Made by a program: the position numbers and the translations under genes. Below the pieces are notes generated by a model that was not told the DNA's origin, did not search any database, and saw nothing but the letters and a program-made list of their open reading frames with translations. DNA of 64,000 bases, taken from assembly GCA_963736855.1 (NCBI GenBank), contig CAVTQK010000013.1, forward strand, positions 64,001 to 128,000, in the 5' to 3' direction. This document shows positions 1 to 11,285 of this stretch, piece after piece (the first letter of the stretch is position 1; each line of letters starts with the position of its first letter). Source of the DNA: an uncultured delta proteobacterium. Lineage in GTDB: Bacteria; Desulfobacterota; Desulfobacteria; Desulfobacterales; UBA2156.

Positions 1-481
1 TCCGGAATTCTGCCAGAAGACCGACTTGATCACCGTCGCGCAAAAAAACAAGCCAGCAAATTCCGCGCCCGGTGCGGGCTAGGAGGCATCGGCCGAAAGG
101 GCTGTCATGAAACCCATAGTCGATCACAAGGCCCTTGCCTTTGGATTTGAACTCCCCGGGGGTTACCGCCTCGCAGGCGACAAAGAGATCGTGCAGACGG
201 CCGGGGCCTGAGAGTCCTGCATCGTAAGCGGCATCAAGCACATTGGACGATCGGGAGAGAAGCCCTTTCACGTACTCCTTGGTCAGAAACTGCAGGAACC
301 GCTTGGGGCTGATCCCGACCCAACTGCTGAAAAGACGCTGGAAGTGGAACTCGCTTAAGTTCACATGGGCTGCAATTTCCTTCAGATCCGGCTGGCGGTC
401 AAAGTGGGTTTCAATGAAGACGATGGCCTTTTCAATCCGCTCATAATCGCGGCGGGACCGGGAAAAATCATTGACTTTCAT
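1..481 (-). CDS. Ada-like bifunctional AraC-HTH / methylated-DNA--protein-cysteine methyltransferase (partial, runs off the window start)
   Basis: Manual translation from ATG at 481: MKVNDFSRSRRDYERIEKAIVFIETHFDRQPDLKEIAAHVNLSEFHFQRLFSSWVGISPKRFLQFLT...GLSGPGRLHDLFVACEAVTPGEFK...YGFHDSPFGRCLLA. Typical AraC-HTH followed by the Ogt N-terminal part. Not in the ORF track. Confidence 0.85.
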   Translation of the reverse strand, partial: MKVNDFSRSRRDYERIEKAIVFIETHFDRQPDLKEIAAHVNLSEFHFQRLFSSWVGISPKRFLQFLTKEYVKGLLSRSSNVLDAAYDAGLSGPGRLHDLFVACEAVTPGEFKSKGKGLVIDYGFHDSPFGRCLLARTGRGICWLVFLRDGDQVGLLAEFR

Positions 482-605
482 TCCGGAGTTCCTCGTTTGA
501 GAATATGAATTGCCCCTGTTGCCATTTTTTCAAGGCTATTATACACATCTTAGAAAATGCCGCCACCCGATTCTTGCGAACTTTCACCTCTGCAGACAAT
601 GAGGT

Positions 606-1373
606 ATGACCATGATGACCCGAACCAAAAAATATCAAGCCCTTATCTCTTCGGACTGGAGCGAGTGTCTATCCCCTTCCGGACCTTTTGACTTCATCGA
701 ATTCAATTTCCCATCGACGGCACCCGCGCTGAGGGAGATCTTTCGAAGCTACACGGGCAATATCATTTCCCTGGGAGAAGCCTGCCGCCGCATCAAGGCG
801 CTTCTGCCGACACCGGTAACACCCGATATGATGGATGCCTATCTGGATCAATCTTTTTCCGCCTACCGCGGTGTGCCGGAGTTGATCCAGTGGTGCTTGA
901 GCCGCGACATTTTGTTCATGATCAACACCACGGCGATGATCGGTTACTTCCAGCGAATTTTCGCAAAGAACCTGCTGCCGCGAGTGCCGGTTTTATCGGC
1001 CAACGCCCTCTTGCGGTATCCTTCCTCGACGACCGATCCGGAAGTCATTCTTGAACTCTCCGAGACATCGGACAAGGGAATAAACACCAACGCCATCGCC
1101 CAAAAATTCGGGGCACCGCAAGCCAAGATCGTCGTGATGGGCGACAGCGGCGGAGACGGGCCGCACTTCGAGTGGGGAAGGCAGGCAGGCGCTTTTCGAA
1201 TCGGGAGCATGACCAAACATTCCCTGACGACCTATTGTCGCAATAAAAACATCCCCATCGATCTACGTTTCGGGGTATCTTACGCGGAAGGGGAAGTGCG
1301 GGATATGGAAAAAGAAAAGCGGTTCAACTTCATGGACCTTGTCGGACCGCTTCAATCCCTCTTGAAACGATAG
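606..1373 (+). CDS. HAD-superfamily-like hypothetical protein
   Basis: N-terminal ISSDWSECL (degenerate motif I), YRGVPELI, K..., VVMGDSGGD (HAD motif IV-like). Confidence 0.6.
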   Translation: MTMMTRTKKYQALISSDWSECLSPSGPFDFIEFNFPSTAPALREIFRSYTGNIISLGEACRRIKALLPTPVTPDMMDAYLDQSFSAYRGVPELIQWCLSRDILFMINTTAMIGYFQRIFAKNLLPRVPVLSANALLRYPSSTTDPEVILELSETSDKGINTNAIAQKFGAPQAKIVVMGDSGGDGPHFEWGRQAGAFRIGSMTKHSLTTYCRNKNIPIDLRFGVSYAEGEVRDMEKEKRFNFMDLVGPLQSLLKR

Positions 1374-1482
1374 CATCATCCATATGGCATGACGATGAAA
1401 CCGGTACACCGGGGTCGGGAGGGGGCATCCCGCTGTTGATGAAGGTTGCCGGAGCCGTTTTCATCTGCAAGAGCGAATCTTT

Positions 1483-2334
1483 TCATCCGCCGCATTGATT
1501 TAGAACACGATCCCGGTAATCCGGGTTCAGCGAAAGGATTTGGCGCGCTTCTTCGGGGGTCGCGATCTCGCGCCCGATCTCCCGGGCAATGCGGACGATT
1601 TTCTCCACCAGAAGCGGATTGGATGCCGGTGAACCATCCGGCATGATCAGATTATCTTCCAATCCCAGCCGGACATGGCTTCCCATGGCAATTGCGGTTG
1701 TGGAAAGCGGGATTTCCGCTTTCCCGATCCCTGCAACCGACCAGGTAGAACCGGACGGAATGCTTTCCGAGAGAAACACGAGATTCTTGATAGTTCCGGG
1801 CATAGCGCCCGGAGCACCCAGGACGAAGTCGAAATGCAAGGGGGGCTGAATGTAGCCCTTCTTTTGCAGGAACAAAGCGTTGGCAATCATACCGGTTTCG
1901 AAGACCTCGATCTCGGGTTTCACGCCGGTTTCCTGATACACCCCCGCCAGAAATTCGATAAATTGCGGCGAGTTCTCATAGACAATACCGGGCAGATTGT
2001 TGGAGCCCGTGGTAAAGGACCCCATCTCCGGAAGCAGTCTGACCGGATTGACCCGGGCCTCCCAGTCCTTTCCGGCACGACCGCCGGTGGAAAGTTGGAT
2101 GATAACATCCGGCGCCGCTTTCTTGATGGCACGCACATTGGCCTTATAAATTTCGATGTCCAAAGTCGGCTTCTGATCCTTATCCCGTGCATGGACATGA
2201 AACAGGGAAGCCCCTGCGTCACGGCAACGCCTGACATCCTCAGCAATCTCCGCGGGTGTAATCGGAAGGTTCGGATTCATCTGTTTGGTGGGGACATTCC
2301 CCGTCAAGGCAACTGTGATGACCAGTTTTTCCAT
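1483..2334 (-). CDS. kce: Beta-keto acid cleavage enzyme (BKACE / 3-keto-5-aminohexanoate cleavage family)
   Basis: MEKLVITVALTG...NPNLPITPAEIAED...FHVHAR (Zn HxH), QLSTGG, KPEIEVFE, HVRLGLEDN. Confidence 0.92.
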   Translation of the reverse strand: MEKLVITVALTGNVPTKQMNPNLPITPAEIAEDVRRCRDAGASLFHVHARDKDQKPTLDIEIYKANVRAIKKAAPDVIIQLSTGGRAGKDWEARVNPVRLLPEMGSFTTGSNNLPGIVYENSPQFIEFLAGVYQETGVKPEIEVFETGMIANALFLQKKGYIQPPLHFDFVLGAPGAMPGTIKNLVFLSESIPSGSTWSVAGIGKAEIPLSTTAIAMGSHVRLGLEDNLIMPDGSPASNPLLVEKIVRIAREIGREIATPEEARQILSLNPDYRDRVLNQCGG

Positions 2335-2384
2335 CGCATGTACCTCAAACACGCGGACTTTGCGCCGCGGTTTTTAAATCAAAC

Positions 2385-2506
2385 CCACATTGAGCGATTT
2401 TCGAATTTATCGCAGATGCAAGGCGTCCGGAAGCGAAGGCGTACAATTCGTACGTCGAGCTTTCGGCAACGTAGCAGATGCGGTGAAATAGGAAATCCCA
2501 AAGGGT
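2385..2506. repeat. Palindromic intergenic repeat sharing its core with the type-A MITEs (8280, 53873)
   Basis: Minus strand reads CATCTGCTACGTTGC...CGACGTACGAATTGTACGCCT...CGCCTTGCATCTG, versus CATCTGCTGCGTTGC...CGGCGTACCCATATGTACGCCT...CGCCTTGCATCTG at 53890-53977; imperfect inverted flanks. Confidence 0.65.
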
Positions 2507-2646
2507 TTTCAATTTGGCAAATAATTCCACTGCATGCCTTTTATGGTACACCCGATGGGTGGGTAATTGGAGTGGTCAACTCCGTTCCAACACAAAGATA
2601 TTCAAACACAATCCTTTCTTGCCAGATTGAAAACGATCAATTTAGG

Positions 2647-3998
2647 TCAAAGGTTTTTCTCCGCACAGACCTCGGCGATTGCCGCGTCGAGGATCTCTAC
2701 CAATTGATCGATTTGCTCCTCGGTGATGATGAAAGGCGGAGCAAGCAGGATGTGGTCCCCGCGGATACCGTCTGCTACCGCCGCCGCCGGGGTATGTGAT
2801 GAGTCCTTTTTCGAAGGCGCGATTCCCGATGGCCGCGTTGAGTTTGAGCTTCGGATCGAAAGGCTTTTTGGTTTTGCGGTTTTTAACGAACTCCACGCCA
2901 GCCATCAACCCCAGTCCGCGGACATCGCCGACGATGGGATGTCGATACAGGTCATTCAACTTCTTCAGCAAGTACTCCCCCATGACTGCGCAATGTTTCA
3001 CCAAATCATGCTCCCGGATGTAGTCCAGTACAGCGGAGGCGATCGAACAGGAAAGCGGATTCTGACTGTAGGTATGCCCATGGATGAAGACGCCGTTGCC
3101 TTCCTTGATGGCCTTATGTATAGCCTCCTTGGTAACGACGCAGTAAATGGGTGTATAGCCGCTGGCCAGACCTTTACTTCCCACCAGCATGTCCGGAACC
3201 ACCCCCCAGTGGTCGACGGCGAAATGCTTTCCGGTTCGCCCGACTCCGGACATGACCTCATCGACAATCAACAGAACATCGTAGCGGTCGCAGATTTCGC
3301 GGATCCTCTGGAAATACCCGTCACGGGGCACCAGGGCCCCGGCAGTAGCTCCCACCACCGGCTCGGCCATGAACGCCGACACCGAATCCGGACCTTCGTA
3401 GAGGATGGCTTTCTCCAGATCATCGGCGCATTCCAACTGACAGGAAACAGGGCTTGCGGCCGAACGGGCACCGATAGCAATACGCAGGCGCGATATGGGG
3501 GGTATGCTGCATGAGGGGAAGGTAGTATTTGCGGCGCCCCGTATGACCGCTGAGGGCCAGAGCCCCCAGGGTGTTTCCATGGTAGCTGGTCCAACGCGAA
3601 ATCACCTTGTATTTCGACGGCACCCCGCGATCGACCTGGTATTGGCGTGCCATCTTGACGGCGGTTTCGACGGCCTCCGACCCTCCGGAAAGGAAATACA
3701 CGCGCTCCAGGCCGGGCGGCGAGATGTCCACGATCTTTTGTGCCAGCTCGACGGCGGCTTCGCTGGTGAATTGGGAGCCGTGGGCAAAGGCGATACGGGA
3801 AGCCTGCTTGAGCATGACATCCTGAATTTCCCGGACTCCATGCCCGATGGAAACCACTACCGCTCCCCCGGACCCATCCATGTAGCGACGTCCCTCGGTG
3901 TCGAAAATATAGATCCCCTCGGCCCTTTCGGCCGTCGGGTAAAACTTGTTCACGTTCCGATAAAAAACATGGTCCTTCATGATCTTAGGCCCGGGCAT
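2647..3998 (-). CDS. Class-III PLP aminotransferase, split by two +1 frameshifts (~3451, ~2777)
   Basis: DGSGGAVVVSIGHG, FLSGGSEAVETAVKMAR, SYHGNTLGAL, AFMAEPVVG, LLIVDEVMSGVGRTG, GSKGLASGY, HGHTY. The C-terminus ADGIRGDHILLAPPFII...KNL* lies in a third frame, ending at 2647. SD GGGGAGG precedes ATG 3998. Confidence 0.9.
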
Positions 3999-4085
3999 CT
4001 GGAATTCCTCCCCACTGATCCGCATGGATAACCCTGCTGTTGCAACTGCAGGGATAATTTTTTCAGTTACCGATAACCGATTGAA

Positions 4086-6090
4086 TCAATTTACAGGCAG
4101 CATCGGTTGATTATGTGTTTCCTTTCTCTTTGGTTTGGTTTTGCGATATTGAAAAATCGTCAGAAGGCCCATGATGCCCAAGCCGGTTACGTCGGTGAGG
4201 GTGGCCGGGTCGATGAGCATCAGACCTGCAGCCAGTGCGGCGATTCTTTCCCACCAGTTCATATGGGTCCAATACCAGCCCTCAACCGCAGCGCCCACTC
4301 CGATCATTCCGACTACCGAGGTGATCACCATCTGCACCACCAGATAGATATTGGCGTCAACCAGCACTAGGGCTGGGCTGAAAACGAAGATATATGGAAC
4401 GATGAACGCCGCGATGGCAATTTTACTGGCATAGACTCCTGTCCACCAAGGATTTGATTTGGCGATGGCTGCTCCGGCCATCGCCGCCAATGCGACCGGA
4501 GGGCGTAATGTCGGCAACGATGCCGAAGTAAAACGTAAACATATGAGCGGCTATGAGCGGCGTACCGAGCTTGACCAGGGCCGGTGCCGCAACGGTGGAT
4601 GTAATGACATAATTCGCAGTAGTGGGAGCGCCCATCCCCAAAAGGAGCGAGGTAATCATCGTGAAAAACAGGGTCGGGAGCAGCATACCGCCGGCAAGGG
4701 CAATCAGACCGTCGCCCATCTTGAGACCCAGCCCCGTCAGCGTCACCACTCCCACGATAATTCCGGCTGAAGCACAGGCAACCGCAACACCTAAAGCGCT
4801 GCGGGCGCCGGCTTCAAGGGTATCGAGGAGTTTTTTCCAATTCAGGCGCGTTTCCTTCCGAAACATGCCGACCAGCACGCACAGCCCCAAGCCGGACATG
4901 GCGGCCCGCATGGGCGTCGCACCCTCTAGCAGGAAGTAAATGATACCGACCAGAGGCAAGATCAAGTAGCTGCGTTCTTTCATCACTTTTACGAGATTCG
5001 GTAGCTTATCGCGTGAAAGGCCTTTCAGGCCGCATTTCTTGGCCTCAAAGTGAACCACCACGAAAACCCCCGTAAAATATAGAAGCGCCGGTATGATTGC
5101 CGCCTTGGCGATCTCGATGTAAGGCATGCCGATGAATTCCGCCATGAGAAACGCCGCAGCTCCCATAATTGGGGGCATGATCTGGCCGCCTGTAGAAGCC
5201 GCCGCTTCCACGGCGCCGGCAAACTCCGCTTTATAGCCGAGGCGCTTCATCAAGGGGATCGTGAAGCTGCCGGAACCCACCGTGTTGGCCACGGAGCTTC
5301 CCGAAACCGTCCCCTCTAAAGCGCTGGCGATGACGGCGATCTTAGCCGGGCCTCCGGAAGCCCATCCGGCTACGGCATAAGCAAGATCCATGAAAAACTC
5401 CATGACACCGGTACTCATGAGAAAGGATCCAAACAGGATAAACAAGAAAATAAAGTTGGCCGATACCCCCAAGGGAACGCCGAGGATCCCCTCGGTGGTA
5501 AACCACATATGCGTGGCGATGCGCTTGAGGTCATAGCCGCGGTGGCTTAAAAACCCCGGAAAATAGTCGCCCAGGAAAGCATACACCAGGAAAAGACCGG
5601 CGATGATGACGATGGGCAAACCCACGATCCGCCGGGTCGCTTCCAGGGTCAAGAGAATGCCTGTGACAGCTATCGCGTAATCCATGTTTGAATAAAGCCC
5701 TGCGCTTTCCATCAAGTCTTCATAGTTGATGATGGAATACAGCGTCGCGGTTATACTGATTGCGCACAGCATAAGATCCACCGGGTGGGGTGTTTGTTTT
5801 CCTTTTCTCTTTTTAAAGGGGTACAGGATAAACACGAGGGCAAGGGCGAACATGAGATGCGTCGGGCGCTGAATCTGGGCTTCGAATACTCCGAAAAGGC
5901 CTGTATAGAGCTGGAATAAGGAGAAGAGAATGGCGATCAGTTTGGTAATCGGGATCCATAGACCCGTCAATTTGAGATACCGGGATTCAGGGTCGAACTT
6001 TTCTAAAACCTGCTCGATGTTTACCGAATCATCCGCTCGAAATTCCGGTCGGCCGCCATCGCCTTCCGGTGGTTTTTCTAGCGAGGCCAT
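4086..6090 (-). CDS. TRAP transporter fused 4TM/12TM permease (TAXI-associated), one +1 frameshift at ~4502
   Basis: GGPAKIAVIASAL.GTVSGSSVAN, EAAASTGGQIMPPIMGAAAFLMAE, LGMGAPTTANY, ADITP|PVALAA continues in the next frame. Confidence 0.9.
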
Positions 6091-6196
6091 ATCACCTCTC
6101 TTGGGAATTCGCCGCCTGCCTGAGCGGATTCCTTCATCTTATCGAAGAATTGAATGCCGGCACCGGCCGGCGGCGAATGAATCCGATTGAGAATTG

Positions 6197-7174
6197 CTAC
6201 TTCATCAATCCTTTTTCCTTCAAATACTTTTGCGCGCCCGGATGAATGGGAACCGCAATGCCTGCAATCGCATTGGCCGGGTCGATGTATTTTCCCGCGG
6301 CATGACCCTGGGCAATGGCCGCTCGTTCTTCCAGAAACACCTTAGTCATCTTGTAGACCAGATCCTCAGGGATATCGTTTCGGACGAGGAGGCTCGAATA
6401 GACGGCAATGGTCTTCACGGGCTCGGCCTGGCCCTGGTAGGAGTTGACCGCAATTTCAAAACGGGCGTATAAGGGAAATTCTTTTTTGACTTTGGCAAAG
6501 ATTTGGTCATCGATCTCCAGGAACCTGACGGGGTGCATGACATTGATATCCTGGAGGGCGGCGTTCGGTACCGCCACCACAAAATACGCCGCATCGATCA
6601 GTTTGTCTTTAAAATGGTCCGCCGCCTCCGAGTAGGAAAGATACAGGGGCTTGAACGCATCTTTATTCTTGTAGTCCAGGCCATAAAGACCCAGGATCTG
6701 GCGTGCGCTGATCTCCGTGCCGCTTCCCGGAGGGCCCACGGATACTTTTTTACCCTTGAAATCGGCGATCGTCTTGATGTCGCTGTCTTTGCGGGTGAAA
6801 ATCTGAATCACGTCAGGGTAGACATTGGCAATGGCCGAGTAGTTGGTGTATTGCTCATTCTTGGCTTTAAACGCCTCAAGACCCTTCTGCCCGTAGTAAG
6901 CGATGTCGTTCATGCAGATGGCGACTTCGGCACCCTTGCTCCCGAGAAGACGCACATTTTCCAGCGACCCGCCCGTCGCCTGGACTGTCACGTTCAGCCC
7001 GGGGACTTTCTGGTTCCACACCTGGGCAATGGCCCCTCCGAGCGGATAAAACGTCCCGGACACGCCTCCGGTTGCAAAAAGAAGCTTGGCGTCACCACAG
7101 AGACCTTGCCCCGCCATGAACAGACAAGAAAATACGACCAATAATGCCGATACGATGGAAATCTTTTTCCTCAT
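6197..7174 (-). CDS. TAXI-family TRAP solute-binding protein
   Basis: Signal peptide; ATGGVSGTFYPLGGAIA, TGGSLENVRLL, GKKVSVGPPGSGTE, PIHPGAQKY. Confidence 0.92.
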   Translation of the reverse strand: MRKKISIVSALLVVFSCLFMAGQGLCGDAKLLFATGGVSGTFYPLGGAIAQVWNQKVPGLNVTVQATGGSLENVRLLGSKGAEVAICMNDIAYYGQKGLEAFKAKNEQYTNYSAIANVYPDVIQIFTRKDSDIKTIADFKGKKVSVGPPGSGTEISARQILGLYGLDYKNKDAFKPLYLSYSEAADHFKDKLIDAAYFVVAVPNAALQDINVMHPVRFLEIDDQIFAKVKKEFPLYARFEIAVNSYQGQAEPVKTIAVYSSLLVRNDIPEDLVYKMTKVFLEERAAIAQGHAAGKYIDPANAIAGIAVPIHPGAQKYLKEKGLMK

Positions 7175-7260
7175 AATAATAACCTCCTGGTTTGGTGGGA
7201 ATAACGGCGGACAAATGTTTTTCCTTTCACCCCCCTTCTTTTTAGTTTTATCCGCCTCAT

Positions 7261-8112
7261 TTAGCTTTCATGGTAAATTTTACGACTTTGCCAAAATTCT
7301 TCGAGTTTTTTCAGAGCTTCCAAGGTCGATTCTTTTTGAAAAAGCCCCAGAGCGATGATTACGGCATTGATCAGGCTTAAGGGAGCAACGAACGATTCGA
7401 TGAAGGAGTCCATCTTACATCGGGCCGTCAGTACGTGGTCAGCCAGTTGTGCCAGGGGTGAAATGGGGCTGTCTGTAATTGCAAGGGTTTTGATTCCAGT
7501 TTTTTTGGCGAAACGAAGCGCCTCGACGGTATCCCGGGTGTATCGCCGAAAACTGATCGCCAGCAGGACATCCCCTTCCCTCAGTCCCAGCAATCGGTCC
7601 CACATGTCTCCGATTCCCGGCGTGACAATCCAGACGTCACGCTGCAGAAATTCCAGTGCGACTCCCATTAAGACCGCCAACGAATGCGCGCTTCGAAGAC
7701 CCACGATCACTGTGCGTTTGGCCGAATGGATCGCATCGACAAACCGTCTGAAATCTTCCGGGAAGACCTGGTTCATCGTCTCATGGATGTTTTCGGCATC
7801 CTGTTGCAAAACTTTGAACAGGACATTTTCTTCATCAGCTTCCTTTTGGGCTGCCTTCTGGAGTCGAGAGACCGTCGTCAATTTATCCCTGAAAAGCCTC
7901 CTGAGTTCCTGCTGAAACTCCGGGAAACCGGTATACCCGAGTGATTTTGCGAGTCGGACCACGGTTGCCACACTCACGTTGACCCGAATGGCAAGATCCT
8001 TAATCGTCAGAAATACGGCTTCTTCGTCATTGGCCAGGATGTAATTCAGGAGCTTTTTTTGGGAAGACGTCAGGTTCTGTTCTTTTTCCTTCAGGAGTCG
8101 ACTGTATGTCAT
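7261..8112 (-). CDS. MurR/RpiR family transcriptional regulator (HTH + SIS)
   Basis: LTSSQKKLLNYI, VSVATVVRLAKSLGYTGFPEFQ, SIS domain GLRSA...ISFRRY...AITDSPISPL. Confidence 0.92.
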   Translation of the reverse strand: MTYSRLLKEKEQNLTSSQKKLLNYILANDEEAVFLTIKDLAIRVNVSVATVVRLAKSLGYTGFPEFQQELRRLFRDKLTTVSRLQKAAQKEADEENVLFKVLQQDAENIHETMNQVFPEDFRRFVDAIHSAKRTVIVGLRSAHSLAVLMGVALEFLQRDVWIVTPGIGDMWDRLLGLREGDVLLAISFRRYTRDTVEALRFAKKTGIKTLAITDSPISPLAQLADHVLTARCKMDSFIESFVAPLSLINAVIIALGLFQKESTLEALKKLEEFWQSRKIYHES

Positions 8113-8158
8113 TGAAAATAATTTTTCTTAATATTTTTAAATTGTAATTTTTTTTACA
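8113..8158. promoter_or_regulatory. Putative RpiR-family operators upstream of the regulator
   Basis: Palindrome TGTAA-TTTTTT-TTACA (8143-8158) and TGAAAATAATTTTTC (8113-8127), resembling HexR/RpiR-type sites; TTGACA on the minus strand at 8175-8180. Confidence 0.5.
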
Positions 8159-8279
8159 TTATCCTAAAATCTTTTGTCAAGTTGAAATTTCGTAATTCCC
8201 GATCCGCCGATTACAGATACGCCACCGCCGTCGGTTTCGTAATTGATCTTTTAACCAACGATTCGATATGGTATAAATT

Positions 8280-8432
8280 GATGACTTCGTAAAAAGTCCA
8301 TCTGATGCATTGCACTGCATCCTTCGTCATTACGGCGTACCTATATTTACGCCTTATTCCTCAGGATTTGCGCGCCTTGCATCTGAAGCTTTTTACTTTG
8401 CCAAACTAATTTTGAGTTTTTACGATTTCATC
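8280..8432. mobile_element. MITE type A (TIR GATGACTTCGTAAAAA...TTTTTACGATTTCATC)
   Basis: 153 bp, closely similar to 53873-54025; flanks ATAAATT / ATAGATT (degenerate 7-bp TSD). Confidence 0.85.
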
Positions 8433-8576
8433 ATAGATTAAGCTGAAAATTTTTTCCGATTTCATTTAACGCCGGTTCCCATTCAATTGCCGGTCTTTTT
8501 TGACAATATTAGAAAATCCGATGCGATCTTTGGATATCACAGGGCACCATCGATATTTCCGTTTTATCATAAATGA

Positions 8577-9083
8577 ATGGAAATACTTGTGACGACTATC
8601 TCGTATGATTCTCTGAAAAAACACTCTTATCCGAGCAACCGTCGTTTGGCCGGCTTTACTCTCATTGAACTCATGATGGTTGTGGCCATTATTGGAACGC
8701 TCGCGGGGATTGCCGTTCCCATGTACATCCGATACATCAACAACGCACGATTGGCTGAGGGGATATCGGAAATTCGGAATCTGGAACTGGAGATAGAGAT
8801 CTACCGATTGGACAATGACCGTTTGCCCTCAAGTCTAAACGATATCGGACGCCAGAACCTGACAGATCCCTGGGGCCGTCCGTACGAATATGCCAATCAT
8901 TCCCTTATCCCTCCCGGGAAAAGGAGAAAATTTCACGGAACGGTTCCTTTAAATCTCGACTATGATCTTTTCAGTACGGGTACCGACGGACAATGGGTGC
9001 CTCCTTTGACGGCAAAACAAAGCCGGGATGACATCGTCAGGGCCGATGACGGCGGGTATATCGGATTGGCTTCTCAATATTAG
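8577..9083 (+). CDS. Prepilin-type (GspG-like) pseudopilin
   Basis: Class III signal RRLAG|FTLIELMMVVAIIGTLAGIAVP; DPWGRPYEY and YDLFSTGTDG GspG-like motifs. Confidence 0.88.
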   Translation: MEILVTTISYDSLKKHSYPSNRRLAGFTLIELMMVVAIIGTLAGIAVPMYIRYINNARLAEGISEIRNLELEIEIYRLDNDRLPSSLNDIGRQNLTDPWGRPYEYANHSLIPPGKRRKFHGTVPLNLDYDLFSTGTDGQWVPPLTAKQSRDDIVRADDGGYIGLASQY

Positions 9084-9092
9084 CGACTTGAA

Positions 9093-11241
9093 ATGAAAAT
9101 CGATAAAATTTTTTTAAAAAGCAAAGTTGCCAAAAGAATTTATATCCAGTTTATTCTTTGCGCGATTGTTCCGATAGTGGCCCTAGCCCTGATTTCTTTC
9201 ATTCAAGTTACGGCAGAATTAGAAAAGCAAGGTAAAACCCGTCTTCATGAATCCACACAAACGGTCGGCATTCTGATCTTTGAACGCCTTAATTTGATCG
9301 AGAAATATTTGAAGGCCCTTTCCATGAAAGCGGTTTCAGATGCCTACGATGGGTTAGAAATCATTTCCGATGAGAATATGGAACCCTTTGCCAGGCGATT
9401 CACATCGATCACGGGGATCTCTTCTGATCGTAAAATCATTTATTTGGGGAATCCAAACAGACTTCCGACCCTCAGCGATGTTCAAAAACTGCACCTTCTG
9501 TCCCACGGGGCGCTGATAACAATCACCGATCAGAATCTGCAAGAGCCGAAAATCTGGATGGTCGTGGCGTCCTCTTCAATCAACGGCACCCATCAGTATT
9601 TCTATGGAGAAATAAATACTCTGCATCTTATGGCTTCAGATCAAGATCTGGTCCTCCCCGAGGAAACTCACCTGTTTCTTTTGGATGATCACAATGAACT
9701 GATTTTTTCTTCCTGTGCCCGGCCCCCTGACTTCAAAAAAGAACGATTCATGAATCAAACCCGATCTTCGATTTCTTCTTTTTCGATGACGCATGACAAC
9801 AAAGATCAGATCGTTGCTTATTGGTCTATTTTTTTGAGATTCAACTGGTTTTATCCTAGTATAAAGGTTGTCGGGATGTCTTCCAAAACCCATATTCTTT
9901 CTCCGATCATCTTCTTTAAAAAAGTTTTCCCCTTTGTGGTTCTTTCGGCGTTATTGATGGCTCTGCTCTTAAGCTCCATTCAAATTCGAAAAATTACCCT
10001 GCCTTTGGAAAAACTGAAGGATGGAACTAAACAGATCGCAATCAGTAATTTTGAAAGCCGGGTAAACATATCGAGCAAGGATGAATTCGAGGACCTGGGA
10101 ACTTCTTTCAATGAAATGACGGGACAACTGAAAAGTCAATTTGACGCCCTGGCAACTATGGCGGAGATTGACCGAGCTATTCTGTCCTCTCTAAGTGTAA
10201 AGGAAATTGCCGAAACCGTAACCCGTCGGATGAAGGAACTCCTGAAATGTGACGCAGTCTTCCTTTATCTTTCAGAATCGAATGCCGAATCCGATTCAAA
10301 GACTTACCTGAACGCTAAGGGACAAACCGTCCTCGAGCTTCCTTTCATCAAGAAAAAAGAGCTTATTAATGTCATCCAGGAAAAAGAAGTAGTCCTGATT
10401 GAAGACAACTATCCGGATTTTCTTCAAGCTTTTGTATCCAAGGGCTACACATCTTTTGCCCTTTTCCCCATCTATTTGAAATCAGCTCTGGTCGGCGTCA
10501 TCATTCTCGGATCATTCGTAAAACAATCGAATATTGCTGACTGCATTCAGCATGCAAAAAAGATTTCAAACCAGGTGGCAGTGGCGCTTTCCAATGCATT
10601 TCTTCTTGAGGAGTTGAAGTGGTCGAACTGGGGCACCCTCGAAGCTCTCGCGCGCACCGTGGATGCTAAATCTTCGTGGACTGCAGGACATTCAGAACGT
10701 GTGGCAGAAAAAGCGGGTCGTTTGGGCATGCTATTGGGTCTCGACGATGAAGAAGTGGACAATCTGCACCGCGGCGCGTTGCTTCACGATATCGGAAAAA
10801 TCGGAATCCCCGGTCAATATCCTCGACAAACCCGGAAAATACAGCGAAACAGAAAATTTTTTAATGATGGAACATCCGAGAAAGGCTGCCCGGATTCTTG
10901 AACCCATTAAAAGCTATGCCCCGATTATTCCCATGATCTTACATCATCATGAAAATTTTAATGGAAGCGGATATCCGGGTGGGCTGATGGGTGAAAATAT
11001 CAGTTTTTCAGGCAGGATTCTTGCCGTAGTCGATGTTTATGATGCCCTGACTTCGAATCGACCTTACAGGGAAAAGTGGTCTCAAGAAAAGGCGATCAGC
11101 TTCATCAAACGAGAAATCGGGAAAAAATTCGACCCTAAGATCGCGGATGCTTTTTTAAAAATGATCATGGAAGATACAATCGAAAAAGAACCGGACACCC
11201 GGGAGCCTTCCCGACCCATTGCACTTTCTGTGAAGGCTTAA
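9093..11241 (+). CDS. Membrane sensor HAMP-GAF-HD-GYP phosphodiesterase, one +1 frameshift at the CCCC run 10808-10811
   Basis: Two TM helices flank a periplasmic domain; HAMP (PLEKLKDGTKQIA...DEFEDLGTSFNEM); GAF; TAGHSERVA, LLHDIGKIGIP|VNILDKPGK, HHHENFNGSGYPGGL, RILAVVDVYDALTSNRPYR. Confidence 0.9.
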
Positions 11242-11285
11242 AAAGGTATTTGATCTTCATCAATGCTATGGAATCCGAAAGACCC

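Noticed and set aside
1675..2799. Long antisense ORFs (374 aa here; also 44358-45608, 16850-17683, 19711-20598)
   Set aside because: They lie opposite well-supported genes and show no recognisable motifs; typical GC-rich shadows.
8520..8576. c-di-GMP-I riboswitch upstream of the pilin gene (CACAGGGCACCAT)
   Set aside because: Lacks the GGCAAA...GAAA...GACGCAAAG core.
2777..10811. Programmed frameshifting or phase variation at the split genes
   Set aside because: The runs are only 3-4 nt, with no slippery heptamers; error or decay is a simpler explanation.
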